Shown here: piece after piece, positions 12,749 to 23,057 of the stretch | Layout: every line of letters starts with the position of its first letter | Numbering within the stretch: the first letter of the stretch is position 1 | Origin: Negaprion brevirostris | Taxonomy: Eukaryota | Length of the DNA: 64,000 nt | Assembly: GCA_030324005.1 (NCBI GenBank) | Contig: JARDVH010000163.1 | Location: 18,977,741-19,041,740 of the forward strand | Reading direction: 5' to 3' | Notes under the pieces: model-generated | Database searches by the model: none | What the model saw: only the letters and a program-made list of their open reading frames with translations | Told to the model about the DNA's origin: nothing | Made by a program: the position numbers and the translations under genes

Positions 12749-13437
12749 NNNNNNNNNNNNNNNNNNNNNNNNNNNNNNNNNNNNNNNNNNNNNNNNNNNN
12801 NNNNNNNNNNNNNNNNNNNNNNNNNNNNNNNNNNNNNNNNNNNNNNNNNNNNNNNNNNNNNNNNNNNNNNNNNNNNNNNNNNNNNNNNNNNNNNNNNNNN
12901 NNNNNNNNNNNNNNNNNNNNNNNNNNNNNNNNNNNNNNNNNNNNNNNNNNNNNNNNNNNNNNNNNNNNNNNNNNNNNNNNNNNNNNNNNNNNNNNNNNNN
13001 NNNNNNNNNNNNNNNNNNNNNNNNNNNNNNNNNNNNNNNNNNNNNNNNNNNNNNNNNNNNNNNNNNNNNNNNNNNNNNNNNNNNNNNNNNNNNNNNNNNN
13101 NNNNNNNNNNNNNNNNNNNNNNNNNNNNNNNNNNNNNNNNNNNNNNNNNNNNNNNNNNNNNNNNNNNNNNNNNNNNNNNNNNNNNNNNNNNNNNNNNNNN
13201 NNNNNNNNNNNNNNNNNNNNNNNNNNNNNNNNNNNNNNNNNNNNNNNNNNNNNNNNNNNNNNNNNNNNNNNNNNNNNNNNNNNNNNNNNNNNNNNNNNNN
13301 NNNNNNNNNNNNNNNNNNNNNNNNNNNNNNNNNNNNNNNNNNNNNNNNNNNNNNNNNNNNNNNNNTCGGCGCAACATCGTGGGCCGAAGGGCCTGTTCTG
13401 CGCTGTAATGTTCTATGTTCTATGTTCTATGTTCTAT
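12749..13437 (+). mobile_element. Young CR1-type LINE; body in an N gap, 3' tail visible
   Basis: The gap is followed by tcggcgcaacatcgtgggccgaagggcctgttctgcgctgtaatg(ttctatg)n. Confidence 0.65.
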
Positions 13438-13439
13438 AC

Positions 13440-13770
13440 CTAGTCAACATAGTTTTATGAGAGGAAAATCAAACTTGACAAATTTGCTCAAATTCTTTGA
13501 GGATGAAACAGTGTGAGTAGATAGAGGGGAGCCTATAGATGTAGTCTATTTAGATTTCCTAAAGGCATTTGACAAGCTGCTGCATAAGAGGTTGGATCAT
13601 TAGAAGTATTCAAAGTGGAGGTGGATAAATATTTGATAGGTTGAGGAATAAAGAGAGGGCTATGGGGAAATGCGCAGAAAAGGAGTTGAAGCTAACATAG
13701 ATCAGCCATGATCTTATTGAATTGATGGGCCTGGTGGCCTACTTCTCCTTTTATTTCTTGTGTTGTGTTC
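13440..13770 (+). mobile_element. Older CR1 LINE RT and 3' fragments
   Basis: QHSFMRGKS.LTNLLKFFED...VDRGEPIDVVYLDFLKAFDKLLHKRL, then the tail agatcagccatgatcttattgaat...ggcctacttctcct. Confidence 0.8.
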
Positions 13771-14270
13771 TTTTGATGGTCTGACAGTAGTGACTGGAGT
13801 GGAGGTTGTTTGATGACATTGGAGGCACTGCTGCCATTAGATGTCCATTTCAAAAGCACCTATTTTTATATGTTCTGCCTAAGAAGTGCTACTCTGTTTA
13901 CCGTTGTAATTTTCTACCAAATTAATATAGATTATTGCGAATAAACTGTGGATGTAAATGAGCTATTATTTTTATTGCTTGAATAGAATGATAATGAGCT
14001 GACTGGTACCAACTGGTCTTATGTCATGATGGTGAATGGTTTGGAGTAACTAATAGATGCTGCTGGCAGGATTATTTCACCTCCAAACAATATCTTTAAT
14101 CGTACATTCTTGCATATGAGGCACTTTATTGAATGTAGGCACAATATTCTGAGGAGCAATTGCTCAAGGAACTAGTTCATGTATATCCGTGATTTACATT
14201 GTATTTTGTTTCTATATCTATTTTTTGGCAGTCTTCTTGGCTTCAATTGCTTTCAGTGGTTTCTACTGAC

Positions 14271-14608
14271 AGGCAGTGATGTAGTGGCGTTATTGCTGAA
14301 CTAGTAATCCAGGGTAATGCTCTGAGGACCTGGGTTTGAATCCCATGGTAGCAGATGGTGAAATTTGTATTTTAAAAAACTGGAATTAATGATGACCATG
14401 GAACCATTTTCGTGAAAATCCATCTGGTTCACGGAAATCTGCCACCCTCACCTAATCTGATCTAAATGTGATTCCTAATCCATAGCAATGTGGTTGATTT
14501 TTAAATGCCCTCTGAAAGCCAGCAAGCCAGTCAGTTCGAAGGCAATTAGCAATGGTCAATAAATGCTGGTCCAGCCAGCAATGCCCACATCCCATGAATG
14601 AATAAATA
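14271..14608 (+). mobile_element. tRNA-derived SINE type C
   Basis: Head gtagtggcgttattgctgaactagtaatccag...gggtttgaatccc; tail ggcaattagcaatggtcaataaatgctgg...gcccacatcccatgaatgaataaa. Confidence 0.78.
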
Positions 14609-15423
14609 AGGCATCTTTCACAATCTCTGGGCTTTCCTTTAAGCCAATAAACTTTAAGCAAGTAAACTTACATAACAAAATAAGAAGTGTTAATTAGAAA
14701 TAGTCCAAAAAGCAACAACTGGCTGGCTGGTCAGTGAAAGGTTGCAAACTGAAAAGATAAAAAGCTCATTCACAATAAAGCAATTTCCTTCATTAATCAT
14801 GTAAAATATACTCTAGCCATTGAGGAAAACAACCTTAAACAGAAGAGAAAATGAAGCTACCCTATTACCATAAATAATCAAGCAAAACTCCAGAATATTA
14901 AGCCAAATTTATAACCTGATCTGACCTATTACATTGCTTAGGTGAGATATTCATGGTCACAGTAGCACATGACCATGTGTACTGTAATTGATCCTCAATG
15001 CCTAGCTTAATCCGTATAAATTTCAATCTCTTTGTTAAAAAGGTATTAGTCTTATTTTGGGGAGTTAATCAGCAACAGATACATTGACTGCAATTCTATT
15101 TTGTGGATCTGTTACTTTTCAGGAAGTGCCCACATCCTTGATTGAATTCAAGGGGGGGGGCTGTTCAGAAAAAAAGATTGAGAATTTTAAATTAAAATGA
15201 CCTCAACATTGCAGTTACTTTAAACATCATAAATGAAAGTGAAAATTATTTGTAACTGGTTTGAAAATTAATTCTGTTGAAATTTAATCTTTAAAATTAC
15301 TTATGTGAAGTTGATTGTGACATTAATTTGTTTTTTTCTTTGTCCTGCATTTCAGAGGTATTTACATAATTCTGTACAGCATGATTCCAATAATGGTAGG
15401 AGTGACAACTATAATTGTATCCT

Positions 15424-15740
15424 GGGCAGCATGGTGGCACAGCGATTAACACTGCTGCCTCACAGCTCCAGGGACCTGGGTTTGACCTTGGTTCACTGTG
15501 TGGAGTTTGCATGTTCTTCCTGTGTCTGCATGGGTTCCCTCTGGGTGCTCCGGTTTCCCCCCACATTCCAAAGATGTGTGGGTTAGGTTGATTGGCCATG
15601 CTAAATTGTGCCTTAGTGTTCTGGGATGTGCAAATTACCAGGGTAAACGTGGGGTTACGGGGATAGGACCTGAATGGGATTGTTGTCAGTGCAGACTCGT
15701 TGGACCGAATGGCCTCCTGTACTGTAGAGATTCAACGATT
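15424..15740 (+). mobile_element. HE1-like SINE (type A)
   Basis: gggcagcatggtggcacagcg...V-domain...gtgcagactcgttggaccgaatggcctcc. Confidence 0.85.
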
Positions 15741-17590
15741 ACGTTTCCCCCCCCAGAAATTATATCACAGGCCATTCACTACAAAGCAAGTAGAACTGGA
15801 GTTCAAAGGAGATTAGATGTGATGTGAAATTCAGCTGGAAAGTTAATTTTTAATGAATTGTGGAGGTGCAGATATTGCCAGATAAATCAGACCTGGTTGT
15901 CAAATAATTGCCCATCCGTATGTATCCTGATTTGGTTGTGGTGAATCTTCTTCAACGACTGCAGTTTGCGTGTTCTATCCCACACGCTATTAGATAGTGG
16001 ATTGCACCATGCAACATTGTTCAAACTTTAAAGGGACGCCATAGAACTTCTGCACACGTCCACGTTCACCCACTTTCTGAAATACGTACTCGAGTTTATA
16101 CAGAATACAATCGCAAATAGTACTGGAATATTAGAAGTTGCGCAAGTGCAGATGCCAGTTATTGTTAAATTCATTTTATTCCAAGGAGCAGAAACCCAAT
16201 CCCTTGGGGCGGGGATGGGGGACTGACAGAATAGAACATGTTAAAATATTTTCACAACCTCGTCGGATATTTTAACCGTAAAAATTGGACACCTTGGAAA
16301 TTGCCAGTCCATGTATTCTGTGGATTCTGTAGTTTCAATGAGACTGGGTCTTTATGATTCTCGGTAGGTGGCAGTAGCATGGTAACATTACACTTCAGCC
16401 GCAGCAACATGGCACTGCATCACTTTAAAAAAACAACTAAATGGAAACTGGCTTGATTTTTAAAAAATTATTATTTTCTATTCACTGTTTTCGCGTTGAC
16501 TCTAGATGTGGTGATCGTCGAGATGATGTGGTGGCACTGATGATGGTGGGAGGGTGGGGAAGGGGTTGTGGGGTCGAGGACAATAGCGCGGGTGATTATT
16601 TTAAGCTGTTAATTTAAAAATCTACAATTGGCATCGATGTTTCAGAAAGTTTAACATATCACTGGTGTTTTTTCTGCATCCCAGCTAATTATAAAGNNNN
16701 NNNNNNNNNNNNNNNNNNNNNNNNNNNNNNNNNNNNNNNNNNNNNNNNNNNNNNNNNNNNNNNNNNNNNNNNNNNNNNNNNNNNNNNNNNNNNNNNTTAT
16801 AAAGGATGCCCCCCACCCTCTACCGCTGGCCATCAAATAGAATAATCCAGGGACTCCTGCTTGTCAGCACAGATGTTGTTTACAACGATTCACGGATGGA
16901 CGAAACATGCTGAGTCTGTGCTTCCTACAATCACTGTACGTTTCTGAATTCCAAATCAGTTCTGAATAAATTATTTGATGCAATTCAGCCCCTTCCCCCT
17001 CAATCGAGACAAGAGTGTTGGAATTTAATTACTTGTAAACATGCCCGCTCGCCTTTTCCATGCGGTTTCCTGCTCCAGCAGCTGAACATTTACACCTGAG
17101 TGTGAAATATGTGATATTTACGGAATAGTTCCCCGAAAAAAAACATACGTACGGGGTAACGTGTTTTTTTTTGCGAATTTCAAGAACATCGTGATGACAC
17201 CTGGGGTACGTGCAATGCAGAGAAAAATGCGGAGGTTGGCATTTGAATGTTAAACCCCGCAGTTCTGCATCACAAACTTGCAGCATTGCTTTTTTTCTCT
17301 CTCTCAAGAGATAGCAACGTGCAAACATTATTGGGAATAATATCAATAAACGAGGCAAGACTGCATCGTCTGAACTTGCGAGGTGATTTGGAACATTCTG
17401 CTTCTCGCCCTCACCCCCCCCCCCCCAAAAAAGGAAGTTATATCCATCTATTTATTTTACACACAGGCAAATCTATTCTGGGCAGTTCCTATTTTTTAAA
17501 TAAAAATTGAGTCCAACTACTTTGGTTTATTTTGAGACAGATTTTGTAAATGGTCTTAAATTTAGCTACATGGCATGTCCTTGCAAGGGA

Positions 17591-17765
17591 AGAAAGCATC
17601 TTAAAAGAAATGCGTTATGATTCCGCAGAGAAAAAATAAAGTGCAATTGGAGGGGGGAGGGAAAATTCATGTTAAAGAAATGCATGATGTGCAGAGTAAA
17701 AATAAAGTACAACTGGAGAAGTATCTTAAAGAGATGCATTCTGATGTGCAGAGAAAGAAAATACA
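17591..17765 (+). repeat. Degenerate tandem repeat, about 3 units of 50-70 bp, upstream of IRS1
   Basis: The unit ttaaagaaatgcat..gatgtgcagag.aaaaataaagt.caa.tggag recurs at about 17600, 17671 and 17725. Confidence 0.75.
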
Positions 17766-17769
17766 AACC

Positions 17770-19980
17770 GGGTGGGTGACTGGCGGGGTGGGGAGAACAC
17801 ACGGCGCGGGCTGTNNNNNNNNNNNNNNNNNNNNNNNNNNNNNNNNNNNNNNNNNNNNNNNNNNNNNNNNNNNNNNNNNNNNNNNNNNNNNNNNNNNNNN
17901 NNNNNNNNNNNNNNNNNNNNNNNNNNNNNNNNNNNNNNNNNNNNNNNNNNNNNNNNNNNNNNNNNNNNNNNNNNNNNNNNNNNNNNNNNNNNNNNNNNNN
18001 NNNNNNNNNNNNNNNNNNNNNNNNNNNNNNNNNNNNNNNNNNNNNNNNNNNNNNNNNNNNNNNNNNNNNNNNNNNNNNNNNNNNNNNNNNNNNNNNNNNN
18101 NNNNNNNNNNNNNNNNNNNNNNNNNNNNNNNNNNNNNNNNNNNNNNNNNNNNNNNNNNNNNNNNNNNNNNNNNNNNNNNNNNNNNNNNNNNNNNNNNNNN
18201 NNNNNNNNNNNNNNNNNNNNNNNNNNNNNNNNNNNNNNNNNNNNNNNNNNNNNNNNNNNNNNNNNNNNNNNNNNNNNNNNNNNNNNNNNNNNNNNNNNNN
18301 NNNNNNNNNNNNNNNNNNNNNNNNNNNNNNNNNNNNNNNNNNNNNNNGTGGAGTTTTTTTACTCACATCGGGCTGCGCGCTTCTTGTGGCTGGGTTATTG
18401 GAGGCGGAAAAATTAACAGGCGGTTTTTCCAAATATATATATTTACATTAATAAGGAGAACTCGGTAAAAGTCGCCCCGAGTGTGTGGGTTTTTTTAAAA
18501 AAAACAATTTTCTTTCTCTCCGTCCTTCGGAGGTCTTTTTTTTATTTGTTTTGTAATTTAATTTAATTTTTTTCTCTGTCAGGGTTGTCCGCTCTCTCTC
18601 TCTCTCTCTGTGTCTCCTCACACGGCACGATGGCGAGTCCGCCTGAGCCCAGCTCGCCAAGCCCAAGAGCATGCACCGGCGCTTCTTCGTGCTGCGGGCG
18701 GCCAGCGAGCTGGGTCCGGCCCGCCTCGAGTACTACGAGAACGAGAAGAAATGGAGGCACAAGGCGGGCGCTCCCAAGCGCTCGGTGCAGCTGGAGAGCT
18801 GCTTCAACATCAACAAGCGGGCCGACTCCAAGAACAAGCACCTGGTGGCCCTCTACACCCGCGACGAGTACTTCGCCGTGGCGGCCGAGTGCGAGAGCGA
18901 GCAGGAGGGCTGGTACCAGGCGCTGCTGGAGCTGCACAACCGCGCCAAGGTGGCCGAGGAGCGGGTGGGGGCCGGGTCGGAGCGCGGCGGCGGCGGCGGC
19001 GACGGTGGTGTGCCAGCCACCTCGGGCACCGCCTCGGCCAGCCCGGCCCCGGCTGAGGAGAGTTACCCGGAGGGCAGCCCGGGGCCGGCGTTCAAGGAGG
19101 TCTGGCAGGTGGTGCTGAAGCCCAAGGGCCTGGGGCACACCAAGAACCTGGTGGGCATCTACCGTCTGTGCCTGACCAGCAAGACCATCAGCCTGGTCAA
19201 GCTCAACTCGGAGGCGGCCGCCGTGGTGCTGCAGCTGATGAACATCCGGCGCTGCGGGCACTCGGAGAACTTCTNNNNNNNNNNNNNNNNNNNNNCGGCG
19301 GTCACCGGGCCCGGCGAGTTCTGGATGCAGGTCGACGACTCGGTGGTGGCGCAGAACATGCACGAGACCATCCTGGAGGCCATGAAGGCCATGAGCGAGG
19401 AGTTCCGGCCCCGCAGCAAGAGCCAGTCGGCCTCGTCCAGCTCCAACCCCATCTCGGTGCCCCCGCGGCGGCACCTCAACAACCCGCCGCCCAGCCAGGT
19501 GGGCCTGAGCCGCCGGCCCCGCACCGAGAGCATCACGGCCACCTCGCCGGCCGCCAAGCACCACCACCATCACCACCACCACCATCACCATGGCGGCGGC
19601 GGCGGCAGCAGCAGCTCGTTCCGGGTGCGGGCCTCCAGCGACGGTGAGGGCACCATGTCCCGGCCCGCCTCGGTGGACGGCAGCCCGGTCAGTCCCAGCG
19701 CCGGCCGCACTCACTCGCACCGCCACCGGGGAGGCGGTGGAGGAGGAGGAGGAAGCGGCGGCTGCCGCCTGCACCCGCCCCTCAATCACAGCCGCTCCAT
19801 CCCCATGCCGTCCACACACTGCTCGCCGTCGGCCACCAGCCCCGTCAGCTTGTCCTCCAGCAGCACCAGCGGCCACGGATCCACCTCGGACAGCCTGTTC
19901 CCCCGCCGCTCCAGCGCCTCCATCTCCGGCTCCCCCAGTGACGGGGGCTTCATCTCCTCGGACGAGTATGGATCCAGCCC
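17770..19980. promoter_or_regulatory. CpG island covering the IRS1 promoter/5' UTR and the 5' part of the coding exon
   Basis: GC and CpG density are very high at 18620-19980 and at both edges of the N gap 17815-18347, against a CpG-depleted AT-rich background. CpGs are also more frequent than background back to about 15950. Confidence 0.8.
18592..18609 (+). repeat. (CT)n microsatellite in the IRS1 5' UTR
   Basis: ctctctctctctctctct about 20 nt upstream of ATG 18630. Confidence 0.85.
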
Positions 19981-22006
19981 GTGTGATTTCAGGAATTCTT
20001 TCAGAAGTGTCACTCCAGATTCCTTGGGGCACACTCCTCCAGCAAGGGAGGAACAGGAGTTAAATAATTACATCTACATGGGCAAACACTCGAGCCTGGC
20101 TCCCAATTGTCAGAACAGGGGAACTCAAAGGTGGACCCCTACTAAAGCTGAAGACGCAGACTCAGATAAAGGGTTCCGGAAGCGAGCTCATTCATCAGGT
20201 ACTTCGCCACCCACAGTGATGCACCAAAAGACTCCATCTCAAACTTCCACTGCCTCCTTTGAGGAGTACACAGAGATGACACCCTCTTACCCCAGCAACC
20301 GCCTGTCGTCCAGTAAAAATTCTGCTTTTGTACCTACACGTTCGTACCCCGAGGAGTGTTTGGATCTGCAAATTGGGGAAGGCAGGCGTTACAGCCAAAT
20401 GGATGATGGTTATATGCCCATGTCACCTGGAGTAGCCCCTGTGCCCAGTAAAAATGACTACATGCCAATGAGCCCTAAAAGTGTTTCTGCCCCCCAGCAG
20501 ATTATTAACCCGCGCCAGCACTCTCGAAAAGATGGTTATATGATGATGTCACCCAGTGGCAGTTGCTCACCAGAAAATGTGAACTATGGAAAAATATGGA
20601 CTAATGGAGGGAATTCTAAGCTGTCTGTTGAGAGCAATGATGGGAAATTGTCCTGTAGCGATTATATAAATATGTCCCCTGCAAGTTGCTCAACAACAAG
20701 CACTCCACCAGACTGCTTCTTCAATCCAGTTGAAGAACCTCATAAACCTGTTTGTTCGTACTTCTCATTGCCTCGCTCCTTTAAACATGTACATAGAAAA
20801 AATGATGAGTCCCCTTTACGAATTGCTGTAAATTCAGGCCGCCTCTTGTATGGTGAGGATTCTTCTTCATCCACAAGCAGCGATAGTTTAGGAGGACAGG
20901 ATGGCGGGCATCATACAGTTAACCCTGTTAAAAAAGAATTGTATGTACCAATGAAAGGTAAACTTGTGCGGCCCACTAGGCTATCACTTGATAATACTAA
21001 GGCAAGTACGCTGCCCAGAACACGAGAGCATCCCCTTCCTCCAGAGCCAAAAAGCCCAGGCGAATATGTAAATATTGAATTCAATGACAAAACCTTTTCT
21101 TCTAGTTCATTGTCTCTTGTTGAGTCCTCTTCAGTAGGAGGCATTCATCCTGTTCAACAAAGGCCACCCATGTCTGAATACATGAATATGAATTTAAGAA
21201 TAGATGCATCCAAGTTTGGCTATGTATCAAAACCCACAGTGGACATCACCAGCTCTGCAACTGCCTGCAAATCCAGCACTTGCAGAAAAGATAGAGGGCA
21301 GTCGAGCTGTGATTATGTTAGTATGCAGCTAGTTACCACCTGCCCAGACTTACTGGATTCACCAGTGAGTAACTATACGGAAATGACAGTTGGTGGAGGT
21401 ATAACGTCTTCCATTTCCGTTCTACCTCGGGCAGAAGAGAGCTCTTTGAGCACTGTTTCTGATGTTGTGACTGGTCCAATGATGGACCAGATCCCTGGGA
21501 GGAGTGCCTTTACCGTGCTTAATCTTGTCCCCAATCGGAACCAAGGTGCCAAAGTTATCCGTGTTGATCCTCAAGGAAGAAGAAGACATAGTTCAGAGAC
21601 TTTCACTTCCACAGCCAATGTGACTGGCATGACCTTATCTTATGTTGATCACATTAAACGACATAGTTCAGTGTCCTTTGAGAATGTGTGGCTTAACAAA
21701 CCAGGAGATTCTCTGGCTTCAAGTGCCAAAGACCAGCCAAATGATGCCACAGTGCAGAAAAATGATTGTGAAAATGGTATGAATTATATCGATTTGGACT
21801 TGGTAAACGATTTTAATAACAAAGACTGGACCTCCTCTCAGCATGTAACCGCTCATCAACCTCATGGAAGTACTTCTGGTGGTGATGATGATCTGAATTC
21901 ATATGCAAGCATTACCTTCCAGAAGCCAGATGAAATCAGTAAGCCTACAGAAAGGGAAGGTAAGGACACAGATCAAAATGCTAATAGTCATTTTGCTAAT
22001 TGCTAA
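18630..22006 (+). CDS. IRS1: Insulin receptor substrate 1, large coding exon (PH + PTB domains, long Tyr/Ser-phosphorylated tail); apparent frameshift near the start; probable splice donor after 21959
   Basis: The 1111-aa ORF 18671..22006 matches vertebrate IRS1 motifs: PH domain (KPKSMHRRFFVLRAAS...LEYYENEKKWRHK...LESCFNINKRADSKNKHLVALYTRDE), PTB domain (FKEVWQV...GPGEFWMQVDDSVVAQNMHETILEAM), RPRTESITATSP, YMPM (20411, 20459), YMMM (20537), YVNI (21065), YIDL (21785) and YASI (21902). The IRS1-type start MASPPE is at ATG 18630, in a different frame. A 21-nt N gap lies at 19275-19295. Confidence 0.97.
21957..21965 (+). other. Putative 5' splice donor ending IRS1 exon 1 (phase 1)
   Basis: AAG|GTAAGG with GT at 21960-21961 is a near-consensus donor. 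It lies just after the last conserved motif YASITFQK. Vertebrate IRS genes have an intron at about this position. Confidence 0.75.
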
Positions 22007-22329
22007 TATTTTACTTCACAAATAATGTTTTGTTCCTTATCCAGCATTCAGAATTCCATGTTGCGCCCATTCTATATGTGAGGACACACATATTTACGGT
22101 AGAATTTTAGCTGCTAAAGTTGCTTTATTACCCAAAACTTGTGATTTCTTGTAAAAATGTGAAAACTTGATTGAATAATTAATGAAATTAAGTTTGTTGA
22201 AAATGTAGAATTTTCAGATAACCGTACAGAGTATCTAAATTTAAAGCTTTACTTTACAATTTTAGTAAGATCACCCCTTGTCCAATCTTTGAAAGTTTGC
22301 GCAGTTTCATTTGAATGGACGAGCCTGGT

Positions 22330-22972
22330 TGGAGGTTGTATTTCATCATCGTCAGCATCCTTTCTTCTATGTAAGACGTGCAAAAATCAGACTCATTGGG
22401 GTTGGGGCATAGTAGCTTTGTATGGTGCACTTTTGTTAATGGCTGAAGATCCCTATGGGGCTGGTCCTGCCACAATTGCCACATCAAATGGTTATCAGGT
22501 GCTGCTGTGGGCTGTTTTTGGTGTTCACACCGGATATTAAGCCAGTGTAGCCTCAAGTGATCATGGTGACCCATGCCGGCCCACAGGTGATGTCGCTATT
22601 TTCTTCTTGTCAGCTAGCATCTCCCAAGTATGGGAATAAATGTTTAGGGCCGTCATGTCACACTTGGAGGCATCCTTGAAGAAGAGCTTTGAGTGTCCTA
22701 CTGGCTCCAGTTACCTTACCGTATATAAAATCCTTCGGCTGTGCAGCTATCTTCAGTCTTGCAAACTGCTTAAGCTGTGAAGTTGTCTTTGCTCACTGAG
22801 TGCCAACATACTTGGGAGGTTTGCCTTTGAGGGGATAGCCACATTTACGATTTTGTCCTACTGTGGGATGTCCAGAATGTGCTGCAAACAGTGAAGGTGA
22901 AAGCTGTTGAGCTTCCTTTCTTGATAGCTGTACATTGCCCATGCTTCAAAACCATATAACAAGGTGTTAGGT
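22330..22972 (-). mobile_element. RTE-clade LINE 3' fragment
   Basis: Minus strand: TLLYGFEAWAMYSYQERKLNSFHLHCLQHILDI..DKIVN and PKDFIYG. Confidence 0.75.
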
Positions 22973-23057
22973 TATATTTATATTATATATAGAAAAGGTT
23001 AAATATATTTTTTGAAAACTCATCTTGATGATGATTTATTGAATTTCAGTATTCTGT

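Noticed and set aside
12644-13408. Long ORFs spanning N runs (also at about 1757-2294, 17566-18468 and others)
   Set aside because: They are open only because N codons contain no stops.
18563-20032. 489-aa antisense ORF and other overlapping ORFs over IRS1
   Set aside because: These are shadow ORFs. The extreme GC3 of the CpG-island portion removes stop codons from other frames, and the ORFs end where the GC-rich zone ends. They are low-complexity with no recognisable domain.
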